DNA from: an uncultured Chloroflexia bacterium
Lineage (GTDB): Bacteria > Chloroflexota > Limnocylindria > Limnocylindrales > CSP1-4
Direction: 5' to 3'
Assembly (NCBI GenBank): GCA_963833225.1
Contig: CAWHXD010000019.1
Coordinates: 1-64,000, forward strand
DNA: 64,000 nt
Shown here: positions 1-10,194 of the stretch, in pieces
Layout: each line of letters opens with the position of its first letter
How positions within the stretch are numbered: position 1 is the stretch's first letter
The notes under the pieces: generated by a model
The model's input: only the letters and a program-made list of their open reading frames with translations
Told to the model about the DNA's origin: nothing
Database searches by the model: none
Position numbers and translations under genes: made by a program

Positions 1-6
1 CGACGC

Positions 7-1051
7 TCACTGGATCAGCCCGATGAAGTTCGTCCTCTCGTCGCAGTTCGGATCCGTCGTCGCGGAGCACGGAGGGGATCCGAACCCGGCAGGCACCCCT
101 GGGTATGAGTCGGTTCCACGAAACGGCCCGTGAGTGTCTTGACCGCAGGCTCGGATCGCGAAGTCAGAACGAAGGCGGCCACGCCCGTGATCTCGTACTG
201 AAGGTTGGCGCCGTTCAGGCCGTTCGTCTGCTTCCAGACCGGAAGGTAGACCACTGTCTGATTCAGGATGTAGTCGTCGAGGCAACCCCGGAGCGTAGCG
301 TCATTCTTCGCGCCGTCGGAGCCGCTGAACCACTAGGAAACAGAAACGCAGGGTTGTCAGGATGGCACACCGAGTCGCGCAGATCAGGATCGCTGAACGG
401 CGGGCGCGGAGGCAGGTTCCAGCTCAGCCAGCCGAAGTTGCCAGGCAGATCGTCGCTGCCTGCCGTCAAGTCGTGGCTCTGGCCCACCAGCCAGTCGTAA
501 TCGATGACTGCGATGGGCAGGAAATGTCGGGGGGCGGGGTGGACAGCTCGACGTGGACGCCGTCGCGGTGGCAGCGACGTCCCAGTGGTCTTGTCCGACC
601 ACCCTGAGGAAGAAGGTGCCCGGGCTGCGGGTCGTCGTGACAGTCACGCCCTGGGCGCCAGTTGGAATATCCCCGGTCGGCACCACGTCCCCGAGTGATG
701 AAGTGGTGAGATCCGAGTGAACGGCCACGTATTGGGCCGCCCAGGTGCATGGATTGGTGCATCCGTTGACGATGGCACGTGGTCGACGGCCGCATAGACC
801 GACGAACCGTCAAGCCCGCTTGCGGGATCCAGATACCACTCGGCGATGATGCGCGTGCCCGCCATCGCCGCCAAGTCAGCGGTGTTCTGTGCTCCGCGTC
901 GCTCTTTGAACGCCACACCGGTGTCGATCACGAGACCGACGAGAAGGAGCATGGCGACCAGTCCACCTGCCATCAACGGAATGATCTGTCCGCGTTGGCC
1001 GGACGAACGGCGCCGCCCTTCGATGGACGTCTGGGCTCAATTCGGCTGCAT
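7..1051 (-). pseudogene. TadG-like Tad minor pilin, broken by several frameshifts and an early in-frame TGA (assembly error or pseudogene)
   Basis: Prepilin-like RGQIIPLMAGGLVAMLLLVGLVIDTG...AQNTADLAAMAG (ORF 644..976) continues in other frames: GAQGVTV..TFFLRVVG..WDVAATATA (384..728), PGNFGWLSW (263..487), VYLPVW..YEITGVAAFVL (15..254), and ends IGLIQ like paralog 2958..4133 (IGVQLIR). Confidence 0.75.
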
Positions 1052-1064
1052 CTGGTGCCCTCGC

Positions 1065-1506
1065 TCAGTTGTTGACAAGGACCTGGGCGGTCGCTTCGAT
1101 GTTGAACGGATTCAGGCCGGCCACGTTCATCAGTTGGCCGATGACGGGAGTCAGGAGTCCAAATGACCCTTCAACCTTCACCTCGAGCGTGTCGAGCTGG
1201 CTGCAGGGCTGACCGTCGGGTGATCGCTTGATGCAGGTCGCGGTGACCGTCACAGGACCCAGACCAGCGATCTCATCTCCGGTGTGTGACTCGATGTCCC
1301 CTAGAGCAGTTGCCGCTCGTGCCTGGACGGAGCCCCAGCGGGCCCCCTCCCTCGCCGCTTCAGCAAGCGCGTTGTTCGCATGACGAGGCGACCGATGTCG
1401 ATGAGGCCGAACAGCAGCAGGATGAAGACAGGGAAGACGAGAGAGAACTCGACGAGCGCCTGACCCCTGCCGCGCCCGGCGGTGCGTGGCGCAAGAGGCA
1501 GGATCT
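1065..1506 (-). pseudogene. TadE-like minor pilin with two apparent 1-bp deletions
   Basis: [30 protein letters not shown] then shifts frame to [16 protein letters not shown]...LLTP...ATAQVLVNN. Restoring one T at ~1505/1506 gives an ATGA stop/start overlap; restoring one T at ~1381/1382 gives LVYANN. Confidence 0.75.
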
Positions 1507-2612
1507 TTCGAGCTCACCGTGACGGTGCCGCTCAAGCACGGACGCTGGCTCCCCGCGCGCGGATCCTGGCCCTTGACCACGTAGTCGTTGTTGGGAGGGC
1601 GTTGCGCCGTGAAGTTGGCGAGCCTGAAGCCGGCGCCGGTCCAGATCGCCTGGGCTTGCGTGACCGTCTTGCCGATGTCCTCCATCGTGGGAATGGTGCA
1701 CATCGCAGGCGTGGCCGACGGCGTCGGTGTGGGCGTAGGTGTGGGCGTGGCACTGGGCGTGGGCGTGGGGCCCGGCGGTGCGGTCGGGGTCGGGGTCGGT
1801 TCAGGCGTCGGCGAAGGGGTCGGCGTCGGCGAAGGGGTTGGAATGGGGCTGTTGCTGACCGTGATCTCCACGATGGAGCAGTCGCCAACGGTGCCGGGAA
1901 GGACGCTCTGGTATTGGATTGCCTGACCGCCCGGGCCAACGGTCGTCACCGTGGTGGAGAAACCCGCCGCGTTTGTCCAGACGTCCTGCGCCTGGTTCAG
2001 CTTGGTCCCATTTCGGAAATCCGGCACGACGCACGAACCGGGCGGGGGTGGGGCGGTTGGAGTCGCCGTGGATACCGGATCGATCGGGGCACCGCCGATC
2101 GTGAAGCTCGAAAGGACGACCGACGTTGCGTTGGCGTTGAGGATGATGCTGTCGCCCACGATCGACCCGATGATCGGCGTGACGACATGGAAGGTTGCCG
2201 TCAGGCTGACGCGGTACTGATCCCCGTCGGCGCAGTCAGCGAGCGCCTTGCCGGGCCCGCTCAAGTCGGTTTCTCCGGGCCCATAGCAGCGAGCGGTCAA
2301 CTCATCCGGGACCAGACCGTCGAGCTCGGTCGTCACCCGAGCCGTCACGTTCTGTGGATCGAGGCAGCCGGGTGTGACATTGCTATCACACGTTGGGTTG
2401 CGAGCCCCGAAGAATGCCCCTTCCTTGGCGGCGTTCTGCATCGTGATCGTCATCACGTATGCGCGGCCAAGGTCGACCGCGCCGAGCACGATCAGCAGCA
2501 TAAGCGGCAGGACCAACGCGAACTCGACCAGGGATTGGCCGCGGCCGAGGCGGCCGGTGGTGGCGAGCCGCGCCCGGGACAGGCGTCGTGCGATTGGCGT
2601 ACGTCGGTTCAT
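1504..2612 (-). CDS. TadE-like pilin with two PASTA-like domains and a Pro/Thr linker (stop apparently lost by an indel)
   Basis: MNRR...[13 protein letters not shown]...DLGRA...NAAKEGA; CVVPDF...[11 protein letters not shown]...QSVLPG and CTIPTM...[10 protein letters not shown]...QDPRAG. The ORF track fuses it to the next gene. Confidence 0.8.
1708..1848 (-). repeat. Coding low-complexity (Pro-Thr)n linker (approximate bounds)
   Basis: [47 protein letters not shown] between the two PASTA-like domains. Confidence 0.85.
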
Positions 2613-2734
2613 CGGGCTCCCCGAGTGACCGCCGGGGCAAGACGGTCGCGAAGGCTGTGAGTCGGTATCCGCGTCAGCGATGCAAGCGTGGCGGGCACAG
2701 ATCCGACGAATCGACCCCATACATTGGCGCCGTG

Positions 2735-2754
2735 ACCTTGCATAGCCCCTTGCA
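2735..2754 (-). promoter_or_regulatory. Putative transcription-factor site upstream of tad cassette 1
   Basis: ACCTTGCATAGCCCCTTGCA; 17/20 identical to 6074-6093; CCTT(G/A)C direct repeat with 12-bp period. Confidence 0.6.
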
Positions 2755-2957
2755 GACATGCCTCTCGGTGCGCATGGACAACGGCGGGCTATGACGATCT
2801 GGCTATGTCCGCCGCGTGTTCCGCCCAGGCTTTTTTCCGGCGCCTCCGCTCCCCGGGTGACCGTGAGTGGGCCGGCCGGTCGCGGAGGCGCACGATCGGT
2901 GGCCAGCCTTGCGGTCCGGATTCGCAGCGGCGCGTCCTGTCACCGCTTGCGTGTCCC

Positions 2958-4133
2958 TCAGCGGATCAGCTGGACGCCGATCGCCTCACCGTTGTAGACG
3001 TCGAGGGATCCGACGGGTCCGGCGGTGATGTAGCGGACGAACCAGCCGGCGATGCAGCCGTCTGAGGCATTCCCGGTGACGAACGGGACCATCGGCGTGC
3101 CGTAGGTGGGTGAGATCGTCCGCTCGCACGGCTCGGTTGCGTGGTTGTTGGGCTTGTTGCCCTCGTACGACATGTAGTCGAGGTAGAACGCCGCGATCCG
3201 CACGACGTGGTACTGCGCGTTCGAGCCGCTGCCCGTGACGCAATCGTTGTCGCAAACGGGGATCAGGACGACCGAGCCCTGGAGGCCCGCGGCGTCGATC
3301 GCGTCGCCGACCTTCTTCTGGCAGTCGGCCCCGGTATCGGTGTCCACGTCGACCGGGAACGTGTCGAACTGGATGGCCGGTGGCGTGAGCACTTCCTCGC
3401 CGCAATCCAGGTTGGGGTCCAGGTCCAGGAACATGAACGACCCGCCGTCCTTGCACAGCGGCACGACGTACTCGGTGCCGTCCGGATGCGTGGACCCGGG
3501 ATTGCTCATGAACCACATGGAGGTCTTGTTCGGGTCGTCGAACGTCTGCATCATCCCGTTGGGCAGGCAGTCGATCGGGCTCACCGGGAGCACCATCGGC
3601 ATGAACGTCCCGCCGGTCAGCCTGCCCATGACGGCGGTTGCGTCGGCGCTCGCATCGAGGCTGTTGAGCCCGATGGCTCGCCCGAAGGTGGTCCCGAACG
3701 AGCGCACCCCGGTCACACGAACCCCCTGGGCCTTAGGTGGCGGGGGCAGGCCGGGACCGACACTGCCGACCTCGACCCACTCGCCGGGGCTCGTGGCAAC
3801 GAGCCCGGTGCCGGCGATGTACTGGCCGAGCACGTTGGTGTAGTACGCCGTGAAGGAGGAAAGGCCGTTGTCGTCCGCGATGTCCTGCATCCAGGCCGCC
3901 ACATCCTCGTCGTCCTTGGCCGTGCCCCCGAGCCGTTGTGCCAGCACGGTGGCCCCCGCATGCGCGACGGCATCCGCGGAATTCTGCGCGATGCGCTGGT
4001 TGGCGTAGGCGTTGCCGCCTTCCACGACGAGCGCGACGCCGGCCACGATGGCAACCATCGCCAGCGCGGCGACGACGATGATCTGGCCGGCTTCCCGGCT
4101 GGGTTGGCGCCGGCGTGCGCGACCGGTGCTCAT
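2958..4133 (-). CDS. TadG-like Tad minor pilin/tip protein
   Basis: EAGQIIVVAALAMVAIVAGVALVVEGG...AQNSADAVAHAGA; Cys-rich C-terminal domain with YHVVRIAAFYL. Confidence 0.85.
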   Translation of the reverse strand: MSTGRARRRQPSREAGQIIVVAALAMVAIVAGVALVVEGGNAYANQRIAQNSADAVAHAGATVLAQRLGGTAKDDEDVAAWMQDIADDNGLSSFTAYYTNVLGQYIAGTGLVATSPGEWVEVGSVGPGLPPPPKAQGVRVTGVRSFGTTFGRAIGLNSLDASADATAVMGRLTGGTFMPMVLPVSPIDCLPNGMMQTFDDPNKTSMWFMSNPGSTHPDGTEYVVPLCKDGGSFMFLDLDPNLDCGEEVLTPPAIQFDTFPVDVDTDTGADCQKKVGDAIDAAGLQGSVVLIPVCDNDCVTGSGSNAQYHVVRIAAFYLDYMSYEGNKPNNHATEPCERTISPTYGTPMVPFVTGNASDGCIAGWFVRYITAGPVGSLDVYNGEAIGVQLIR

Positions 4134-4143
4134 GCTGGGTACC

Positions 4144-4680
4144 TCAGGGTGCGGGCGCGATAGGAAAGGATCCATCGTTGCTTGGGCACGAGGACGCACT
4201 GGGAAAGTCGCTGTTCGGACAGCGGTACTCCACGCCGAGCACGGAACGGGCCTCGAAGGTCACTCCGCTGCCGAAGATGAAGTTGGACACGATGGGCGTG
4301 ATCGGGCGGTAGGTCGCCTCGAACCTGACGATGGCGACGCATCCGACGGCGACGAGGTCGCAGGGCGCAGCGAGGTTCGGCGTGCCATCGGCCTTGACCT
4401 GGTAGAAGGCGACGGACACGCTCGGGTCGTTGAGCTCCACGATGGCGGTCTGGCTCTTGGCCCGGGTCACGATCGTCGGGATGTCCTGGTTGACGATCGC
4501 GAGCCGGGCACCCTCCCGGGCGGCGTTGGTCAGCGTGTTGTACGCGAACACGGCCCGCCCGAGGTCGAACAGCGACACCACCAGGAGGATGAAGATCGGC
4601 AGGACCAGCGCGAACTCCACGAGGCCCTGGCCGGTCGATCGTCCCGGGCGGCGCAGTCGCGACTGCAGCGGGCGGCTCAC
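4144..4680 (-). CDS. TadE-like minor pilin
   Basis: GTG start overlaps the upstream TGA; [14 protein letters not shown]...DLGRAVFAYNTLTNAAREGAR...ITP. Confidence 0.88.
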   Translation of the reverse strand: MSRPLQSRLRRPGRSTGQGLVEFALVLPIFILLVVSLFDLGRAVFAYNTLTNAAREGARLAIVNQDIPTIVTRAKSQTAIVELNDPSVSVAFYQVKADGTPNLAAPCDLVAVGCVAIVRFEATYRPITPIVSNFIFGSGVTFEARSVLGVEYRCPNSDFPSASSCPSNDGSFPIAPAP

Positions 4681-6014
4681 GGCTTGCTCACGTAGATGTC
4701 GCTCTCGCAGGGCACCATGGTGCCACCGACGATCGACTGCGAAAGGATCTTGAAGGCCTTTGGCGCCGCCGGGGCGCCGGCCGCCCGCTCCACGGTGCCG
4801 GTGACCCGGTCGGTGTTCTCCCAGATGTCCTTGGCGTCGTCGAACCATTGGCCGATCAGGCTTGGCACCCGGCAGTAGCCGGGGGTGACGGTGATGAATG
4901 CCGTCTTGGTCACGCTGGCGGTCGGTGCCGGCGCGGTGTACGTGACGGTCAGGGACACCGTGAACGACCCGGCGTTGGCGTACGTGTGGGACACCTGCGT
5001 AGCGATCCCGCTGACATCTGGTGTGCCGTCGCCGAATGTCCACGTGTAGTTGGTGCCGCCGGCCGTGGACGCGTCATCGAACGTCACGGACTGCCCGGGG
5101 GTGATGGCCTGGACGTCGGCGGTGAAGTTGGCCGTCGACAAGCCCAGGACGAGGACCGTCATGTAGGCAGGAGCGCCCGTGCCGATCGCGTTTGAGGCTG
5201 TCATCGTCACCAGGTAGGTGCAGTAGCCGAAGGCATCTGGCGATGCGCACGTGAACTGGTGCGGGACATCCTGGAGGGTGGAGCTGACGCCATCCCCGAA
5301 GTCCCAGGACCAACCGCTGGGCGAGCCGCCCGAGCTGTCGCGGAAGTCGACGATGACGGTCGGGCCCACGGTGGACAGCGTGCCCGGCGAACCCGCCGAG
5401 GCGAATACGCTGCTGTTGCCGATGAAGGCGGTGCTGGGCGCGACCACTGCACCACCACCCCCGCCACCCCCGCCACCGGCCGGGGCCACGGCGGTCATGC
5501 CTGCCTTCACCGGGAAGTCCGATTCGGCCGTCACCGCGATCCGGTCGCCCAGGATGTTGCTGATCATCGGGGTCACCACGGAGAAGTAGCAGGTCAGCTG
5601 GACCGTCACCTCGTCGCCCAGCCCGACATCGATGCCATCGCCGTTCCGGTCGGTGAAGACTGGATCGGGGACGATCGGGTCGCCGCCTCCGGTGACCGGC
5701 AGGTCGCAGTTGGTCGCGGACGCGTCCTCGAGCACCTTGTTCCGATACTGGGTCTGGACGGTCGTGTCGGGGGTCACGCTCCAGGCGAGCGGGTTGTTGG
5801 CCGCCTCGTTGGCCGCGATTCGGGCCATGTTCTGGACGTTGATGTAGCCGAGGTAGATCCGGCCGAAGTCCAGGGCGACCACGACGAGCAGGAGCAGGAC
5901 GGGCAGGATCAGGGCGAACTCGACCAGCGACTGGCCGCGCGGACGGACCCGCGGGGCCGGCGATGCACCGGCGCGCGCCCGCTCAGCGGAGAGGCGGCGG
6001 AGGTCTGGTGTCAC
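4677..6014 (-). CDS. TadE-like pilin with two PKD domains and a C-terminal PASTA-like domain
   Basis: [13 protein letters not shown]; poly-Gly linker; PKD motifs WSWDFGDG and YTWTFGDG..HTYANAGSFTVSLTVT; CRVPSLIG...AKDIW...QS..PC. Confidence 0.88.
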   Translation of the reverse strand: MTPDLRRLSAERARAGASPAPRVRPRGQSLVEFALILPVLLLLVVVALDFGRIYLGYINVQNMARIAANEAANNPLAWSVTPDTTVQTQYRNKVLEDASATNCDLPVTGGGDPIVPDPVFTDRNGDGIDVGLGDEVTVQLTCYFSVVTPMISNILGDRIAVTAESDFPVKAGMTAVAPAGGGGGGGGGAVVAPSTAFIGNSSVFASAGSPGTLSTVGPTVIVDFRDSSGGSPSGWSWDFGDGVSSTLQDVPHQFTCASPDAFGYCTYLVTMTASNAIGTGAPAYMTVLVLGLSTANFTADVQAITPGQSVTFDDASTAGGTNYTWTFGDGTPDVSGIATQVSHTYANAGSFTVSLTVTYTAPAPTASVTKTAFITVTPGYCRVPSLIGQWFDDAKDIWENTDRVTGTVERAAGAPAAPKAFKILSQSIVGGTMVPCESDIYVSKP

Positions 6015-6073
6015 AAGGTGTCCCCTGGTTGGACGCGGCCATAGGCCGCCGTACCGGGGACGTTGCCCCCGGC

Positions 6074-6093
6074 ACCTTGCCTAGCACCTTACA
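6074..6093 (-). promoter_or_regulatory. Putative transcription-factor site upstream of tad cassette 2
   Basis: ACCTTGCCTAGCACCTTACA; matches 2735-2754 at 17/20. Confidence 0.6.
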
Positions 6094-6208
6094 ATCGCCG
6101 ATCCGATGGTCCTGCCCCGCGATAGTCCTGCCGGGGCTGATCCGATCAGGTGGTGGGATCACCCGTGGAGCGTCCGTGGTGGCCCGTCGCTCGGGCGGGG
6201 CGCGGGGG

Positions 6209-7663
6209 CTACGACTCCTCGGGGGCCTCGGCGGGGAGCCGGATCGTGAAGCTGGCGCCGAGGCCCGGTCTCGGTGGCTCCAGATCCAGCTCGCCGCCCA
6301 TCGCGCGGCACAGGGCGCGGGACACGTATAGCCCGAGGCCCGAACCCTCCCCGGATGGACGCCCCGTTCCGCGCTCGAACCGCCCGAACAGGCGCTCTCG
6401 ATCCTCGTCACGCACGCCGGCCCCGTGATCGGTGATGGTGATCACGAGGTCCTTGGTCGCGGACTCGAGCGCCACGATGACCTCGATGCCCGTCCTCCCG
6501 CCATAGCCCACCGCGTTGTCGAGCAGCGCCCACAGCACCTGGTCGAGCTGGTCGCCGTCGCCGAGGGCGAGCCATCCTTCCGAGCGGTCCTCGAGCGTGA
6601 ACGGCACGTCGGCGGCGCCCAGGGCCTCCCACGTCCGGCGGACGCGGGGAACCGGCGCGAACACCTCGAGGCGGGATCGCAACGCGCCCGACTCGATCCG
6701 GCTCACGGTCAACAGCTGGCGGACCATCCGCGACAGGCGATCGGTCTGCTCGGTGATGATCTCGAGGCGACGCTCGGGGCGCTCGGTGGCCAGCTGCGTG
6801 GCATATCCGCGGATGCTGGCCAGGGGCGTCTGGAGGTTGTGCGAGACCCCGCGGAGGAAGTCGTCCTTTGCCCGGTCGAGGTCCACCAGCCGCCGGTTCT
6901 GCGCCTCCACCCGTGCGTAGAGCTGGGCGTTGCGGATCGCGGCCGAGATCTCGATCGCGAACAGGTCCAGCAGGTCTCCGTCGGCACGCTCCCAGCGGCG
7001 GGTGGCCGGGAGGTGTCCGGTGATGACGCCCAGCCCATCGACGCCCGCGACGCGCAGCTCCGCGCGGACGGGCACGGGCTCACCCGGCACCGGCTCCTCG
7101 ACGGGCACCTCCCGCGGATCCACCAGCAGCACCTCGCAGTCGATCATGCCAAACGCCACCCGGGCATCCACGGCCGCGCGACGGGCGATGGCCCCAGGGG
7201 CCTCGTCGGGAGTGATCCCCTGGAGGGCGTCGAGCAGTCTCCGGAGCTCCTGGTTGCGACGCGCCAGGTCCCGGGCGAGCCGGTTCTGGCTCTCGGCGAG
7301 GCGACTGATCTCATCGTCGCCGGGCAGCTCCAGGCCGGCGTCGGCGTCCCCGGCCGTGACCCGGTCCACGGAGCGGGTCAGCGCTCGCAGCGAGCCGGCG
7401 AGGTTGGCCGCGAGGAGGGCGGCGAGCACGACGGCGAGCACGACTGAGACGGCGATGGCGAGAAGGAGGCCACGGGCCAGCGCGTCGTCGGTTCCAGGTT
7501 CCAGATCGACCAGGAGGAGCACGACGATGCCAAAGGCCGCGACCGGGATCACCGCAGACACGATCAGGCCGAGGGTCAGGCGCGCCCGGAACCCGGGACC
7601 CGAGGGCAGGCGGCGTCCGCCGTGGTCCGCGAGATCGGAGGGGTCGGCGGGCGGTCCGCTCAT
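6209..7663 (-). CDS. Sensor histidine kinase (2 TM, HAMP, GAF-like, HisKA, HATPase)
   Basis: H-box VSHNLQTPL; N-box LLDNA; DHGAG; GSGLGL. Confidence 0.92.
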   Translation of the reverse strand: MSGPPADPSDLADHGGRRLPSGPGFRARLTLGLIVSAVIPVAAFGIVVLLLVDLEPGTDDALARGLLLAIAVSVVLAVVLAALLAANLAGSLRALTRSVDRVTAGDADAGLELPGDDEISRLAESQNRLARDLARRNQELRRLLDALQGITPDEAPGAIARRAAVDARVAFGMIDCEVLLVDPREVPVEEPVPGEPVPVRAELRVAGVDGLGVITGHLPATRRWERADGDLLDLFAIEISAAIRNAQLYARVEAQNRRLVDLDRAKDDFLRGVSHNLQTPLASIRGYATQLATERPERRLEIITEQTDRLSRMVRQLLTVSRIESGALRSRLEVFAPVPRVRRTWEALGAADVPFTLEDRSEGWLALGDGDQLDQVLWALLDNAVGYGGRTGIEVIVALESATKDLVITITDHGAGVRDEDRERLFGRFERGTGRPSGEGSGLGLYVSRALCRAMGGELDLEPPRPGLGASFTIRLPAEAPEES

Positions 7664-8394
7664 GGGACCGGCGGTGAGCCGGCCGACACGAGGCGGTACC
7701 CGATCCCGCGCACGGTGAGCAGGTGGACGGGCCTGGCTGGGTCGACCTCCACCTTCTGGCGCAGACGGCGCATCGTGACCCATACGTAGCTCGGGTCGGC
7801 GTCCTCCGTGTCGGCCCAGCCCCGGGCGAGCAGGGTCTCCGTGGTCACGGTCTGGCCGAGGTTGGCTGCCAGCGCGTACAGCAGCCGTGACTCGGTGGGC
7901 GTGAGGGTGACCGACTTGCCATCCACCTCCGCCAGTCGCTGGTGGAGCTCCAGGGCAAGCTTGGGCCCCAGCTCCAGGCGCTGGCGCGGGACCCGGTCGC
8001 CCAGGCGCCGCAGGACCCGCTGGATGCGCGCCCGCAGCTCCGGGTAGTGGTACGGCTTGGTCACGTAGTCCTCGGCCACCTCGTCGAGGAGGTCGGCCTT
8101 GGAGTCCGCGGTGTCGATGGCGGACAGGACGATGATCGGCAGGTCGGCCCGGGCCTTCACCTCACGAGCAAGCGTCAGCCCGTCCATCCGGGGCATGAGC
8201 ATGTCGATGACGAGCAGGTCCGGCCACGACTGGCCCAGGCGGCGGAGCGCCTCCTCGCCGTCGCGGGCGGTCTGGACGTCGTAGCCGTCCGCCTCGAGCT
8301 GGTCCGCCAGGATGACGAGCAGGTTCGGATCGTCGTCCACGATCAGGATCCGCGGCGTCGTGACGCCGTACGGGCTGGGGCCGCCGGGCAGCAT
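7660..8394 (-). CDS. OmpR/PhoB-family response regulator
   Basis: ILIVDDD, DLLVIDMLMPRMDG, DYVTKP, RRLRQKVE, TVRGIGYRL. Confidence 0.93.
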   Translation of the reverse strand: MLPGGPSPYGVTTPRILIVDDDPNLLVILADQLEADGYDVQTARDGEEALRRLGQSWPDLLVIDMLMPRMDGLTLAREVKARADLPIIVLSAIDTADSKADLLDEVAEDYVTKPYHYPELRARIQRVLRRLGDRVPRQRLELGPKLALELHQRLAEVDGKSVTLTPTESRLLYALAANLGQTVTTETLLARGWADTEDADPSYVWVTMRRLRQKVEVDPARPVHLLTVRGIGYRLVSAGSPPVP

Positions 8395-8471
8395 GTCGCG
8401 AGGATAGCCGTCCACAGGGCATGGTGCCGGACGCGCCGGGGTCCTGGCGACCTCGCCTACACTTGCCCGCG

Positions 8472-10190
8472 ATGTCGGACCTGCCCATCCGTCCCTACGA
8501 GCGCCGGCCGTCCGAGTACCAGCCATGGGACCCGCGCACGGCCGAGGTCGCTCGCGAGATCGCCCGGCTGGTGGCCACCGCGCGGCCCGGCACCGCGGTG
8601 GAGCATGTCGGCAGCTCCTCGGTCCCGGGCCTGCCCGGCAAGAACATCGTGGACCTGGGGATCGAGGCGGAGCCCGACGAGATCCCGGCGCTGGTGGACG
8701 ACCTGCTCTCGCTGGGCTTCGGACGCCAGGTCGGTCCCGCGCCGTTCCCGCCGACCCGCCCGATGCTCACCGGGGCGGTGGTCCACGACGGCGCCGAGCT
8801 CCGGGTGCACCTCCACGTGATGCCTCCGCGCCGCTCCGAGCTGCGCGAGATGGTCGCCTTCCGCGATGCGCTTCGCGCCGACCCGGACCTGCGCGCCGAG
8901 TACGCCGCGGCGAAGGACCGCATCGTCTCCGGGAGCCCGCAGGGAATCCCGCAGGAGCTCTACACGGTGAGCAAGAGCGGCTGGGTCCAGGAGACGCTCT
9001 ACCGCCTGGGGATTCGGCGCGGCCCGGCGGACGCCCCGGATCTGCTGGCGCCCGGGGCCGTGATCGGGGTGATGGGCGGCGGGCAGCTGGGCCGCATGCT
9101 CGGGTTCTCGGCGAGGGCGATGGGCTATCGCCTGATCGCGCTCGATCCGGATCCCGCGTGTCCCACGGCGGCCGTGGCCGACGAGATCATCGTCGGCCGG
9201 TACGACGACGTGGACGCCGCCCGGCGGCTGGCCGCGCGGAGCGACGTGGTCACCTACGAGCTGGAGCATGTCGGCATCGAGGCGGCGTCGGTCGCCGCGG
9301 ACATCGCGCCGCTGCGTCCCGGCCTGGCCGCGCTGCGGGCGACGCAGGACCGGCTCGCGGAGCGGCGGTTCATCCGGGAGATCGGGGAGCTCGCCGCGCC
9401 GTGGCGGGAGATCCGTGGCGTCGCGGAGGCCGAGGCGGCGGCGGAATCGCTGGGCTACCCGGCGCGGCTCAAGCTCCCGCTGGGCGGCTACGACGGTCGC
9501 AGCCAGGTGCGGATCACGGCCCGCGGCGAGGTTGCCGGCGCGGTGGCCGCGCTGGGCGGCAGCGATGGCCGGCCCCTGCTGCTCGAGCGCGAGATCGACT
9601 TCGAGGGCGAGCTGTCGGTGGTGGCGGCCCGCGACCGCTCGGGGCGGACGCTCGCGTTTCCCATCTCGCGCAACGTCCACGACGCGGGGATCCTGGCCGA
9701 GAGCGTCGCACCGGCGGCGATCGACCCGGTCGTCGCCCTCGACGCGCGCGAGATCGCGGACAGCGTCGCCCGGGGGCTGGACCTCGTCGGCGTGCTGACC
9801 GTGGAGCTGTTCCAGCTTCGCGGCGGCGGGCTGATGATCAACGAGCTGGCGCCACGCGTGCACAACAGCGGCCACTGGTCGATCGAGGGCGCCGCGACGT
9901 CCCAGTTCGAGCAGCACCTGCGGGCGATCCTCGGGCTGCCGCTCGGCTCCGTTGAGCCGCATGGGGCAACAGCGGTCGTGAACCTGCTGGGCACCGGGCC
10001 GGACCGCGCCGCGCGGCTTGCCGGCCTGGGGTCGGCGCTCGCGGATCCCGGGGCGCATGTCCACGTGTACGGCAAGCGCCGCGTGTTCGACCGGCGCAAG
10101 ATGGGTCACGTGACGGTCGTCGGGGTGGATGCCGATGACGCGCTCGCGCGCGCTCGCGCCGCACGCGCGGTGCTGAGCTGGGAGGACTGA
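8472..10190 (+). CDS. purK: N5-CAIR synthetase PurK with an N-terminal GrpB/UPF0157 domain
   Basis: N-terminal [31 protein letters not shown] (GrpB-like); then [36 protein letters not shown] (PurK); directly upstream of purE. Confidence 0.92.
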   Translation: MSDLPIRPYERRPSEYQPWDPRTAEVAREIARLVATARPGTAVEHVGSSSVPGLPGKNIVDLGIEAEPDEIPALVDDLLSLGFGRQVGPAPFPPTRPMLTGAVVHDGAELRVHLHVMPPRRSELREMVAFRDALRADPDLRAEYAAAKDRIVSGSPQGIPQELYTVSKSGWVQETLYRLGIRRGPADAPDLLAPGAVIGVMGGGQLGRMLGFSARAMGYRLIALDPDPACPTAAVADEIIVGRYDDVDAARRLAARSDVVTYELEHVGIEAASVAADIAPLRPGLAALRATQDRLAERRFIREIGELAAPWREIRGVAEAEAAAESLGYPARLKLPLGGYDGRSQVRITARGEVAGAVAALGGSDGRPLLLEREIDFEGELSVVAARDRSGRTLAFPISRNVHDAGILAESVAPAAIDPVVALDAREIADSVARGLDLVGVLTVELFQLRGGGLMINELAPRVHNSGHWSIEGAATSQFEQHLRAILGLPLGSVEPHGATAVVNLLGTGPDRAARLAGLGSALADPGAHVHVYGKRRVFDRRKMGHVTVVGVDADDALARARAARAVLSWED

Positions 10191-10194
10191 GCCG

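Noticed and set aside
1065-2759. Single 564-aa TadE-PASTA-TadE fusion
   Set aside because: A second GQALVEF prepilin motif lies in another frame; two 1-bp deletions explain the apparent fusion of two genes.
2613-2957. c-di-GMP riboswitch upstream of tad cassette 1
   Set aside because: I could not match the GEMM consensus by eye; an Infernal scan would be needed.
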